A stretch of DNA of 35,482 nt from Desulfobacteraceae bacterium (GCA_050122535.1 JASFIT010000003.1:1-35482), one strand, 5' to 3'. Counted from the first letter of the stretch, positions 18,699 through 27,804 are shown. Translations and numbers: made by a program. The notes: generated by a model from the letters alone, not told the origin.

Positions 18699-18766
18699 GA
18701 GTCAAACCCCCTTTCTAAGGCATATTATGCCCTATTCCTTCGTATTCATCAAGGCGACTGAGCAAG

Positions 18767-18973
18767 TCATTCCATGGCCTTGAGCACGTCTCTGATTTGG
18801 GAATGCCTCATATATCCCTGATCAACCAGAATGGTGCCGATGAACCTATGCTTCTTCTTCTCTACATTCTCCGTAACCTGAATCTTTAATGCTTCAAGGA
18901 CCTGTTCCGGGCGAACAAAGCCTTTTTCCACGGCTACGATTCCAAAACGTCTTTCCAGTCGGTCTGTCTCCAT
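18767..18973 (-). CDS. stand-alone MshEN/GSPII_N-like domain protein
   Basis: two copies resembling RLGxxLxxxGxxxxxxLxxxLxxQ: RFGIVAVEKGFVRPEQVLEALKIQ and FIGTILVDQGYMRHSQIRDVLKAM. Confidence 0.75.
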   Translation of the reverse strand: METDRLERRFGIVAVEKGFVRPEQVLEALKIQVTENVEKKKHRFIGTILVDQGYMRHSQIRDVLKAME

Positions 18974-19123
18974 TTCATGCTCCGCCTTTTTCTGTTAAGG
19001 AAATCAGGTGAGTTAACTTACAGAATACGCCAAAATGCTTGGGCGTGTTCTGCTGGGGCTGTGAAAATGCCCCGTAAGGCAGCACCGGGCGCTTCACTTT
19101 TCCATGATATTTGGGCGTCGTTC

Positions 19124-19156
19124 AAAAAACCCCATCTCTTTTTTTGGAGATGGGGT
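19124..19156 (-). terminator. terminator after tRNA-Leu
   Basis: ACCCCATCTC / GAGATGGGGT stem, U-tract on minus strand. Confidence 0.75.
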
Positions 19157-19194
19157 CATGGGCCGTCATGCATGAGAATTCCTCATGCTACCGC

Positions 19195-19279
19195 TGGTGC
19201 GAGAGAGGGGATTTGAACCCCTACACCCTAAGGTACTGGATCCTAAATCCAGCGCGTCTGCCAGTTCCGCCACTCTCGC
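19195..19279 (-). tRNA. tRNA-Leu(TAG)
   Basis: minus strand GCGAGAGTGGCGGAACTGGCAGAC...CTGGA-TTTAGGA-TCCAG, long variable arm, GGTTCAAATCC, 3' CCA. Confidence 0.97.
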
Positions 19280-19316
19280 ACAACAAGGCATATTTTCATG
19301 GTTTTTTCAGACGGTG

Positions 19317-20057
19317 TCAAGGGATAACAGAGGGGCTGAATCTCTGTTCAAAATCTTCTAGGTAAGTCCTAATAAGGCCTTCGTCTGCGAAGCTGTAATA
19401 GGTGTTGTTCCCTATAATCACATGGTCGAGCACCTGGATCATCAGGAGTTGGGACGCCCATACCAGATCTCTGGTGAGCTTTCGATCTTCGACGGAGGGA
19501 GTGGGATCCCCGGACGGATGATTATGGACGAAAACCAAGGCCGCCGCTGAATTTTCTAGGGCCAAGGTGACCACCTCCCGGGGATAGATGGCACTAGCCG
19601 TTAGGCTGCCAAAGAAGACGTCCTGGTCAGAAATCAATTCGTTCTTGCGGGTAAGAAAGAGGACCTTGAAAACCTCTCTTTTCAGGTCCCGCATGGAATG
19701 AAACAAATAGTCGAAAACGGCCTTTGATGAACCGAAAAAGGCCTTTCCCTTTGCCCGGTCCCTGAGATACCTCCCGGCAACCTGATGAACTAGATTCAGA
19801 TAGAGGGCATTTTTGGGGCCGATTCCCTTGATCGTCATCAGTTTCTCTCTGGGTGCGGAGAGGACTTCAGACAGGTTACCGAACTTCTTTAAGGCTTCCC
19901 TGGCTTGGGGTTTCACATCTCTTCGGGGGGTCCCCAGGGTGAGAAGGAACTCCACCACCTCTTCGTCTGAGAATCTCTCGAGGCCAGCCTCCGTAAATTT
20001 GTCCCGCAACCTTTGCCGGTGGCCTTCCCCCTTTTTTTGCCAGTCTTCCTTGTCCAT
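19317..20057 (-). CDS. radC: RadC family (JAB domain) protein
   Basis: GHRQRLR, HhH KGIGP, HNHPSGDPTPS..D, LDHVII. Confidence 0.95.
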   Translation of the reverse strand: MDKEDWQKKGEGHRQRLRDKFTEAGLERFSDEEVVEFLLTLGTPRRDVKPQAREALKKFGNLSEVLSAPREKLMTIKGIGPKNALYLNLVHQVAGRYLRDRAKGKAFFGSSKAVFDYLFHSMRDLKREVFKVLFLTRKNELISDQDVFFGSLTASAIYPREVVTLALENSAAALVFVHNHPSGDPTPSVEDRKLTRDLVWASQLLMIQVLDHVIIGNNTYYSFADEGLIRTYLEDFEQRFSPSVIP

Positions 20058-20310
20058 GTCGATGGAATGGTGTGCTGGAGGCGTATGTGCCTGTTTGCAA
20101 TTGGAAAAGCTTGAGCCGTTGAAGCATACAACCTTCGTGAGGTGTAGTCAATCCATGGAAGATTATTAGGGCATTGCGCTGCCTCTGTGGCAGAAAATAT
20201 CTCGCAATCTTTGCAGATTCTCTTATAAATGGATATAATAGATTAGTAATGTTCAGAAGTGTTGGCACCATCTTTTGAAACAGTAACTCTTAATTGCCTA
20301 ACGGCTCTCC

Positions 20311-20510
20311 GGCAATGCTAATCTCCTCAAGGTGATATCTATTTCGCTTATTGCCGGTGGTCTGATCTCTGAGACTTTCAGCAAGATTTCTTAAATAAAA
20401 ACGGGATATTCTGCGATATGCTTATGGGCGTAAAGTCCCAGAGATCAGACCACTGCAGAGTTTGGGTGGAATTTTTTTTGAGATATCACCTTTCGGAGAC
20501 CAACATTGCC
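20311..20510 (-). other. 200-nt nested inverted repeat (candidate structured RNA or nested MITE)
   Basis: 30-bp outer stem 20311-20340/20481-20510 and 22-bp inner stem 20357-20378/20432-20453. Confidence 0.65.
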
Positions 20511-20603
20511 TCCGAATAGAAAACATCAAATGTCAACACTTTTGAACGTTACCAATAGATTAGGGTTGATAATTATAAAAGCGACAAAAAGGATAGTGAA
20601 TTG

Positions 20604-21467
20604 ATGTTTCTACTAAGAATCCTATTTTTTCTCGTTGTCTCTCTCATTTGCCAACTCGTCCTCACGGAGGGTGCCTGGGCATGGGGGCCAGCCATCCATA
20701 CGGTAATTGGATGTACAATACTGGATGAATTGCGCCATATATTTCCTCCTGTTGCTAGGGTAATTCAATTGTTTCCAATGGAGTATCTCTATGGGAGTCT
20801 GTCGGCCGATTTCTTTGTGGGCAAGGGCCAGAAGAGTAAAGATGGTCACTCCCATAACTGGGACACGGGTTTCAGATTCTTTGAGGAAGCAGGAGATGAC
20901 AGGGAGACAGCGTACGCATATGGGTTCCTTTCTCATCTCGCGGCAGATGTGGTGGCCCACAATTACTATGTGCCCAACCTCATTCACACTGTGTCCGCAT
21001 GGAAACGGATGGGGCATATCTATGTGGAGGCCAAGGCAGATCAGTTCGTGGGCCCCGTTTACACAAGAATTGCAAGGGATCTGCTGAGCAGGGAGGAGCT
21101 GGGCTGTGATAAACTCCTCAGATCGGTGGTGCGAACAAGCAAAAACGGCCTCAAGACAAGGAAACATCTTTTTACCCAGAGCGTGAAACTATCCGATTTT
21201 CTAAATTGCTCACAACCCATGGGTCTAGTGAGTAAAGGGGCCCGGTATCAGATTTCCCCGGAGTACTTAAATTTTATGATCAACTTGGCACATCGTCTTG
21301 TAAGAGATTTCCTGACAAACACAGAATCATCACCTTGCCTTTCCTACGACCCTATTGGGAGCAGAAATCTCCGTCTAGCCGCCCGTAACGGAATCCTCTC
21401 AAAACTCTTCAATATTCCTCGGCCCATGCATCTTTTCAATGTGGATCAAGAGCTCCTCAAATTATGA
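20604..21467 (+). CDS. zinc-dependent phospholipase C family protein
   Basis: signal peptide then WGPAIH, GSLSAD, HSH, HLAADVVAH, H..VE zinc ligands. Confidence 0.88.
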   Translation: MFLLRILFFLVVSLICQLVLTEGAWAWGPAIHTVIGCTILDELRHIFPPVARVIQLFPMEYLYGSLSADFFVGKGQKSKDGHSHNWDTGFRFFEEAGDDRETAYAYGFLSHLAADVVAHNYYVPNLIHTVSAWKRMGHIYVEAKADQFVGPVYTRIARDLLSREELGCDKLLRSVVRTSKNGLKTRKHLFTQSVKLSDFLNCSQPMGLVSKGARYQISPEYLNFMINLAHRLVRDFLTNTESSPCLSYDPIGSRNLRLAARNGILSKLFNIPRPMHLFNVDQELLKL

Positions 21468-21495
21468 TATGGGTAGCACCGCCTCGCCCCGCCAC

Positions 21496-21616
21496 TGGAA
21501 CATTGGAATATTGGAATGGTGGAAGAATGGGGGTTTCTAGGAAGAGAAACATTTTAATACGATCTTTTCGTTTTTCGCCACCCGGTATCCCATTATTCGA
21601 ACATTCCATTACAGCA
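21496..21616. repeat. 8-bp tandem array (TGGAANNN) plus inverted array
   Basis: TGGAACAT TGGAATAT TGGAATGG TGGAAGAA TGGGG ... CCCATTAT TCGAACAT TCCATTAC. Confidence 0.75.
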
Positions 21617-21676
21617 TGTTAATGGCAGGACGTTCTCACTTTTTTTAGGCTATTCATACGGGCCAATTAGTTGAAA

Positions 21677-21722
21677 TGTCATTGCGAGTGAAACGAAGCA
21701 ATCTCATCAAGAGCGAGATTGC
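21677..21722. repeat. REP-like palindromic element (GTCATTGCGAG...GAAGCAATCTC/GAGATTGC)
   Basis: GCAATCTC/GAGATTGC hairpin preceded by TGTCATTGCGAG. Confidence 0.55.
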
Positions 21723-21836
21723 CGAGCTCTTTCGAGAATGGACTCTCGTCCCATTGGGACGGAACGGGGGGAACAGAAAGGAAAAATGATCTGCATCATA
21801 CTCCCCCGTTGCACAGTCCTTTGTTCCATGTTAATA

Positions 21837-22068
21837 GAGAGGCTGTCGGAAAACGCCCATCTGCCATTCGACAAGTCGTTCGACAGGCTCACGATCCTGA
21901 GCAAAGCCGAAGGAGTGCGTTACCCTCATCCCCCGCCCTGTTAAATCCTCGCTTGGCGAGACGGCGTAGCCGATTTAACAGGGCAAGTCACTGCGGCGTA
22001 CTTCTGTGTACGCCTCATTCCTCGGGATTTCGGAAGCCTTGCATTTGGACATTTTCCATCAGCCTCTC
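21837..22068. mobile_element. MITE with 28-bp terminal inverted repeats and nested palindromes
   Basis: GAGAGGCTGTCGGAAAACGCCCATCTGC vs reverse complement of right end GAGAGGCTGATGGAAAATGTCCAAATGC (22/28); internal GCCCTGTTAAATC/GATTTAACAGGGC. Confidence 0.75.
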
Positions 22069-22141
22069 AGAAGCCCGTTCTTCGACAGTCTTAGAAGAAG
22101 ATTGTGACAATTGTAATTGTCAAAAAAGCCTCATAAAAACT

Positions 22142-23878
22142 ATGAATGTGATCAGGATACTTCCAGAAAAGGTAGCCTCTCAGATAGCCGCGGGGGAAGT
22201 CATAGAGAGACCTGCTTCTGTTGTCAGGGAATTACTGGACAATAGCATTGATGCGGGATCGACCAGAGTGGTCGTAAGGATTGAAAATGGGGGGAAAAGA
22301 CTCATTAAGGTGAGTGATAATGGCGTAGGGATGAGCCGGGACGACCTGCTTTTGTGTGTAGAGAGGCACGCCACAAGTAAGATCAAGTCGGCCTCAGACC
22401 TCTTCTCCCTTAATTATCTGGGTTTCAGGGGAGAGGCTCTTCCAAGTACAGCCTCAGTATCTCGAATGGAGATCACGTCACGCCCAACCCAGCAGTTGAT
22501 CGGCCACAAGGTGAAAATTGATGGAGGGAAACTCAGATCAGTTGATGAAATCGGTTGTCCAACTGGAACTATCGTGGAAGTAAGAGACCTTTTTTACAAT
22601 GTGCCTGCCAGACGAAAGTTCCTTAGGGCCGATAAGACAGAAACTGATCACATTATCGATAACTTCTCTAGGATCGCCCTGCCATTTCTCCACATACATT
22701 TCAGACTGGAGTACAAGAACAAGACTGTCCTAAATCTCCCCCTCTCAGAGAACGATTTAAATCGTCTTTCGGTACTGATGGGACGGGACGTGGCCCGGAC
22801 CCTCTTGGCGCTTCATCAACAGGCAGGAGAACTCAAGGTCGAAGCCTACCTGGCCCCACCTGATTTGAACAGAAGCAGGGGGGATCGCATTTTCATATAC
22901 GTTAATAAAAGGAGCATCCGGGACAGACTTGTTACGCGGGCCGTCATGGAAGGTTATGGGCAACGACTGATGAAGGGACGCTATCCGCAGGCCGTCATCT
23001 TTTTAGAGGTGGACCCCTCTTTGGTGGATATCAATGTTCACCCAACAAAACAGGAGATACGCTTTCGCAATAGCCGACTGGTTTATCAGACAATTATAGC
23101 AGCCATTGAGAGCACCTTGGGAGAGCGATTTCATGCTATTTTTGAAACCAACTTTGACTACGGGTACAGAGGGCTGAAAGAGACGCAGGAGAAGCATTTG
23201 GGTAAAGTGGACATGGCAGAGCCGCAGGGTGAGTATTCGCTGGCAGCAGATGAGAATTTGGGCGTCCCTGCCGCCTCATTTCAAGAGCTCCATTTTGTGA
23301 AAGAGGGTCCCCGGGTTATCGGCCAGCTGAAGGACACCTATATCCTTTGCCAGACGAGGGATGCTCTTATCATGGTGGATCAGCATGCGGCCCATGAAAG
23401 GATCGTCTACGAGACCCTTAAGGGGGCATATCAGACCATGCGAATTGAACGCCAGTCTTTCTTGATTCCACATAAATTGGAAGTTTCAGTCAATGAAGGA
23501 AGGATTATCCAAGAGAAGCTGGATCAACTGGTGAAATTGGGATTGGAACTGGAGCACTTTGGAGGCAGTACATTCCTGTTGAGATCTGTGCCTTCTTCAC
23601 TGATTCATGCACAATGGGAAAACTTCTTGTATGACCTTCTTCCGGTGCTGGAGGAGGAGGATGATCTATCAAGTGACAAGGCCATGGAGAAAATACTGAC
23701 TGTTATGGCGTGTCACGGGGCTATCAGGGCGGGAAAAAGGATGTCTCTGGAGGAGATGACTCTACTCCTGAGTCAACTGCAAGAGATGGATCTCCCCACT
23801 AATTGTCCTCACGGCAGACCTATCCTTAAAAAATTCAGTTACTACGAAATAGAGAAGATGTTCAAGAGGGTCGTGTGA
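22142..23878 (+). CDS. mutL: DNA mismatch repair protein MutL
   Basis: IAAGEVIERPASVVREL, GFRGEAL, DINVHPTKQE, DQHAAHE, ACHGA, CPHGRP; start MNVIRIL at 22142. Confidence 0.98.
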   Translation: MNVIRILPEKVASQIAAGEVIERPASVVRELLDNSIDAGSTRVVVRIENGGKRLIKVSDNGVGMSRDDLLLCVERHATSKIKSASDLFSLNYLGFRGEALPSTASVSRMEITSRPTQQLIGHKVKIDGGKLRSVDEIGCPTGTIVEVRDLFYNVPARRKFLRADKTETDHIIDNFSRIALPFLHIHFRLEYKNKTVLNLPLSENDLNRLSVLMGRDVARTLLALHQQAGELKVEAYLAPPDLNRSRGDRIFIYVNKRSIRDRLVTRAVMEGYGQRLMKGRYPQAVIFLEVDPSLVDINVHPTKQEIRFRNSRLVYQTIIAAIESTLGERFHAIFETNFDYGYRGLKETQEKHLGKVDMAEPQGEYSLAADENLGVPAASFQELHFVKEGPRVIGQLKDTYILCQTRDALIMVDQHAAHERIVYETLKGAYQTMRIERQSFLIPHKLEVSVNEGRIIQEKLDQLVKLGLELEHFGGSTFLLRSVPSSLIHAQWENFLYDLLPVLEEEDDLSSDKAMEKILTVMACHGAIRAGKRMSLEEMTLLLSQLQEMDLPTNCPHGRPILKKFSYYEIEKMFKRVV

Positions 23879-23880
23879 AG

Positions 23881-24060
23881 AAGTGAGCTAAAGTGCCTAA
23901 AGTGTCTAAAGTGAGCTAAAATTAAGGACATATCTTGCGATGTGTTTGCTTAGGATTGACATGAATCATCGCCATTGGAACAGAGGGATTGATCTGTGCG
24001 GGTACTCCTAGAGCCTTCCACTTTAGGCACTTTAGTTCATTTTAGTTCACTTTAGGCACT
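23881..24060. repeat. 9-10-bp tandem array plus inverted array between mutL and miaA
   Basis: (AAGTGAGCTA/AAGTGCCTA)x4 at 23881-23921; CACTTTAGGCACTTTAGTTCA... at 24019-24060. Confidence 0.88.
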
Positions 24061-24113
24061 CATCGTGGGCCACCCCATGTTACCAATTTCAAATCCTAAG
24101 TGACGAGTAACCC

Positions 24114-25046
24114 ATGAGGGAGCTAAAACCTAAGGTGGTTGTGATTACCGGGCCTACGGCCTCTGGGAAGAGTTCGTTGGCCGTTGAGTTGGCCCTATAT
24201 TTCGGAGGTGAGATCGTTAATGCCGATTCCATGCAGGTTTACCGAGGCATGGACGTAGGTACGGCCAAACCAACGATTGCAGGAAGAAGGGGTGTCCCCC
24301 ATCATCTCCTTGATGTGGTAAATCCGGATGAGGATTTTGATGCAGCCAAATACCGATCTCTGGCGGTTCCCCAATTGCAGGATATGGTCTGCAGAGGGAA
24401 AGCCAGTTTTGTGGTGGGAGGAACGGGCCTTTACATAAAGACTCTCCTGGGCGGGCTTCTTGAATGTCCTCCGGCGGATCCAGAGCTTAGGGAAGAATTG
24501 GGCCGAACGTGGAAAGAACAGGGCTCAGTGTTTCTATATGAAAAGCTGAAGACGCTTGACCCAGAGTCCGCGCTAAAAATCCATCCCCATGATAAGGTGA
24601 GGATCATTCGTGCCCTGGAGATTATTCACCTCACCCAACAACGCCCTTCATCTCTAATTCGAAGACATGCTTTTGGGGATAATGCATTCGAGGCCCTGAA
24701 GATTTGTATGGAAATGGATAGAAAAGAACTCTATGAGCGAATCAATCAGCGGTCCCTGAGAATGATAGAAGGTGGTCTTGTGGCGGAAACGGAAGGACTG
24801 CTAAAGAAGGGCTACTCTCCGGAGTTGAAGCCCATGAAGTCACTTGGATACAGGCATGTGGTCAAATACTTGGAAGGCGCTTGCGCACTGGATCAAACAA
24901 CATATGAACTGCAGAGAGACACGCGCAGGTATGCCAAAAGGCAGTTGACCTGGTTTGGAGCCGATCCTGAAATGGTCTGGATAAAGCCTAAGGATATTGA
25001 TGGCATCATTAAGAAGATAAAGGCGTTTCAAACGCTTCACCCTTGA
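24114..25046 (+). CDS. miaA: tRNA dimethylallyltransferase
   Basis: GPTASGKS, DSMQVYRGMDVGTAKP, GGTGLY, YAKRQLTWF. Confidence 0.98.
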   Translation: MRELKPKVVVITGPTASGKSSLAVELALYFGGEIVNADSMQVYRGMDVGTAKPTIAGRRGVPHHLLDVVNPDEDFDAAKYRSLAVPQLQDMVCRGKASFVVGGTGLYIKTLLGGLLECPPADPELREELGRTWKEQGSVFLYEKLKTLDPESALKIHPHDKVRIIRALEIIHLTQQRPSSLIRRHAFGDNAFEALKICMEMDRKELYERINQRSLRMIEGGLVAETEGLLKKGYSPELKPMKSLGYRHVVKYLEGACALDQTTYELQRDTRRYAKRQLTWFGADPEMVWIKPKDIDGIIKKIKAFQTLHP

Positions 25047-25126
25047 CCTTCTGATCTTTTTATTTAAAGATGCAAAGCTGGCCAAACGCATCACCAAAAC
25101 GAGGTAACGGAGGAGAACTGAACGCC

Positions 25127-26308
25127 ATGACGCATCGTGGACTCAAAGGAATTTTGGCAAAAGTCCTCATCGGAACGCTCCTTTCTGTCTTCAATAACTC
25201 TTTGTCCGTCGCCCGAGTGGACACAAAACTGGAACAGAATGAAATCCTGGTCATAGGTACGGGCACCATTCTGGATGGCAACGTGGCTAAGGCAAGAAAG
25301 AGGGCTATCGCTGAGGCCCTGGTTAAGGGGGTAGAAGAATATCTGGGCAGACGGCTGGGAAGTCAAACGATGATTAATAATTTCCCAAGACTCCTCCAGG
25401 ATGTCATACCGAGGGCCAGGGAAGAGATTGAAAACTTCCACATCCTTGCTGAAGAGAGAATGGATAAGAAATACAAGATACTTGTGAGGGTCAAAGTAAA
25501 TGACAAAGTCATGGAAGAGAAGTTGAGGGAAATAGGTGTTATCTTCATGGAGGGTCCTCCCATTAAGGTCCTTTTTTTGGTCTCTCAGACGGACACAAGA
25601 GAAGAGAAGACCTTATACTGGTGGAAGGCCCCTGAAACCGATTCAGCTCTGAGTCTAGTAGAACTTGCCCTACACAGGGTCTTTCAAGAAAGAGGCTTTC
25701 AGCCCATAAGCCGATTGCTAAGAACGCCAGAGGGGGGTTATTTTCCGGAGATGAAGGCTCTGGATTTGTCGGATGAGGATGCAATCAGATGGGGCGAACT
25801 ATTCTCTGCGGATGTGGTTGTTCGGGGCAGATGTGAAATCATCGGTGGCGATGAAGTCTCCATTGTACTCAAGGCTCTTCATGTGGAGCACAGCATTATG
25901 ATAGGTCGGGATATGCAGAGCGAGAGAATGGCTGATGGAGCAGGTGACATGGAACAGATCGTGGAGACCATTGAGATTGCCGTGAATAATGTGGCTAGCA
26001 GATTGACTCCCGAAATCATGAGGGCCATAGAACTACCTGAAACAGAGACAGCGCAACTATCACTTTCACTCAAAGGATTGAGGAGCTTTAGACAGTTCAG
26101 AGAGTTCAAGGATTTTCTTGAAAAGAGAGTGCCAGGTGTCAAATCTGTAAGGCAGACTCGGCTCAGGGGAAATTCCGTGTCTTTGGCAGTGGAGTTCCTC
26201 GGTGATGAGGAAAAGTTTGTAGAGAGAGTATCAAGCCATGAGAAACTCCCTTTTAAGGCCGACTGGGCTAAGACAGAGGAGGGGGAAATAGTTGTTCTTA
26301 TAAGGTAG
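25127..26308 (+). CDS. exported hypothetical protein (FlgT-N-like N-terminus possible)
   Basis: GGAGGAG RBS, signal-like N-terminus, GTGTI...AKARKRAIAEAL..GVE pattern. Confidence 0.75.
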   Translation: MTHRGLKGILAKVLIGTLLSVFNNSLSVARVDTKLEQNEILVIGTGTILDGNVAKARKRAIAEALVKGVEEYLGRRLGSQTMINNFPRLLQDVIPRAREEIENFHILAEERMDKKYKILVRVKVNDKVMEEKLREIGVIFMEGPPIKVLFLVSQTDTREEKTLYWWKAPETDSALSLVELALHRVFQERGFQPISRLLRTPEGGYFPEMKALDLSDEDAIRWGELFSADVVVRGRCEIIGGDEVSIVLKALHVEHSIMIGRDMQSERMADGAGDMEQIVETIEIAVNNVASRLTPEIMRAIELPETETAQLSLSLKGLRSFRQFREFKDFLEKRVPGVKSVRQTRLRGNSVSLAVEFLGDEEKFVERVSSHEKLPFKADWAKTEEGEIVVLIR

Positions 26309-26313
26309 TTTCC

Positions 26314-26856
26314 ATGACAGTCCCCAATCTCATCACGACCATCAGGATCATCTTGGCACCGGTCTTTGTCATCTATTTGATCAATGATCAGTTTCTGCCA
26401 GCTCTTATCATATTCCTGCTCTGCGCAGTAAGCGATGGGCTCGATGGGATGGTGGCGAGGCTAATGAATCAGAGGAGTAAACTTGGAGCCTACCTGGATC
26501 CTCTCGCGGACAAGTTACTGCTGGTGGCTGCCTTCGTCACGCTTTCTGTCAGAGGTTATTTGCCCGCCTGGTTGACAGTTTTGGTCTTCAGTAGAGACAC
26601 GATTATACTTCTGGGTGTGCTCGTTCTATTTTTGAACCGGACGGAATTTACGATCAAGCCAACTTCCGTGAGTAAAATCACCACTTGGCTTCAGTTCCTA
26701 ACGATTTTTGCTGTCCTCTCACAGGCCTACGTGCCTTCTTTTGCAAAGTTCTACCCCTATATCTTCTATCTCACTGCCCTGCTCACGATAAGTTCAGGCC
26801 TCCATTATATGCACCACTGGTTCAGGATGATGGGAGAGGGATCTGGTGAACGCTGA
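26314..26856 (+). CDS. CDP-alcohol phosphatidyltransferase (PgsA-like)
   Basis: PNLITTIR; DGLDGMVAR...GAYLDPLADK signature. Confidence 0.93.
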   Translation: MTVPNLITTIRIILAPVFVIYLINDQFLPALIIFLLCAVSDGLDGMVARLMNQRSKLGAYLDPLADKLLLVAAFVTLSVRGYLPAWLTVLVFSRDTIILLGVLVLFLNRTEFTIKPTSVSKITTWLQFLTIFAVLSQAYVPSFAKFYPYIFYLTALLTISSGLHYMHHWFRMMGEGSGER

Positions 26857-26940
26857 AGCTGAGCTGATTCAACAAGAATTCAGGGCCCAAATCCACGGTG
26901 AAGTTCCTGAATCATTATTGAAACCCGCAGGAATTGGAGG

Positions 26941-27080
26941 ATTCCTGATCAGCAGCAATATATTAGATGTAGGTTTAGCCCTGCGATACTGGGGACCTAC
27001 CCATAGGGTGGCGAGTCCAGGTCCAGCAGGGACAAGTCCTGTGTCTGCGGGGAGATGACGCCTTGATGGTGAATCAGGAC
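26941..27080. mobile_element. MITE-like element, second copy of the 17803-18047 family
   Basis: ATTCCTGATCAGCAGCAATATATTAGATGT and TGACGCCTTGATGGTGAATCAGGA match the reverse-complemented ends of the 17.8-kb element. Confidence 0.6.
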
Positions 27081-27134
27081 CGGGTAATATCGCTTGACAG
27101 AGGTAGAGCGACTTGATAATGAACTGACCTATAC

Positions 27135-27209
27135 AGGCACGTAGCTCAGGGGGAGAGCACTACCCTGACACGGTAGGGGTCACGGGTTCAAATCCCGTCG
27201 TGCCTACCA
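27135..27209 (+). tRNA. tRNA-Val(GAC)
   Basis: AGGCACG acceptor stem, CTACC-CTGACAC-GGTAG anticodon arm, GGTTCAAATCC, CCA. Confidence 0.97.
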
Positions 27210-27227
27210 TGGAACTACGACATTTGG

Positions 27228-27253
27228 AGGCTGGTTTTGAGCCAGCCTTTTTT
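27228..27253 (+). terminator. terminator after tRNA-Val
   Basis: AGGCTGGTT / AGCCAGCCT + T tract. Confidence 0.8.
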
Positions 27254-27519
27254 CATTGCGGGACAGATCAAATCATTGCGCGCAAATCTTAGAAAGTATT
27301 TTATAGTAATTCATAAAAGCCGGTCCGCATACGGGACGGTAAGGCGTTGTATTCTGGCCGTTTGAGGCCACGCCGCTTCTGAGACCCCTTGTGGCGTTCA
27401 GCCGAGGTGTAAATAAGTTTGTCATGGAACTTATTAATTGAAGGACTTCGGTTGCCTCTAACAAGCGCATGAACCAGGGAAAAAGGTGAGGGAAAACCGA
27501 GGGGCCAAGGAGTTGGGTC

Positions 27520-27548
27520 TTGACTTTTTCCAACCATTCTTGTATCTT
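27520..27548 (+). promoter_or_regulatory. sigma70-type promoter of thrS
   Basis: TTGACT-N17-TATCTT. Confidence 0.5.
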
Positions 27549-27804
27549 ACAACAGGTTGTTCGATTTTCTAAGTGATTTCAATAACTCTCACGGAATCGC
27601 AGGGGAAATTAATGTATGCCTGCCACTTATTTTTTGGGTGGAGGCCGAGGAATCGCATAAAAGAACCGCAGGATATTCCTGAGTCCAGGCAGAAGAGATA
27701 GGGTCTTAGCGTAGCGTTGTATTTTTAAATGAAGATTCTAATAAGGCATCTGGGGTGGCCATGAGCCTATTTTGGATGCCTTATTTTCTTTGTGTATTTG
27801 AACA

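Noticed and set aside
14312-19279. Genomic island integrated at tRNA-Leu with radC as a marker
   Set aside because: No integrase and no duplicated tRNA 3' end seen; RadC is the full-length HhH+JAB chromosomal type
21719-22141. N-terminal extension of MutL (likewise 32277-32414 for PheT)
   Set aside because: The frames run through repeat elements; homology starts at ATG22142 and ATG32415
23881-24060. CRISPR array interpretation of the short repeats
   Set aside because: Units are 7-10 bp, abutting, with no spacers; no cas genes
27304-27436. Possible MITE between tRNA-Val and thrS
   Set aside because: Terminal similarity (TAGTAATTCAT vs TAATAAGTTCCAT) is too weak and there is no second copy in the window
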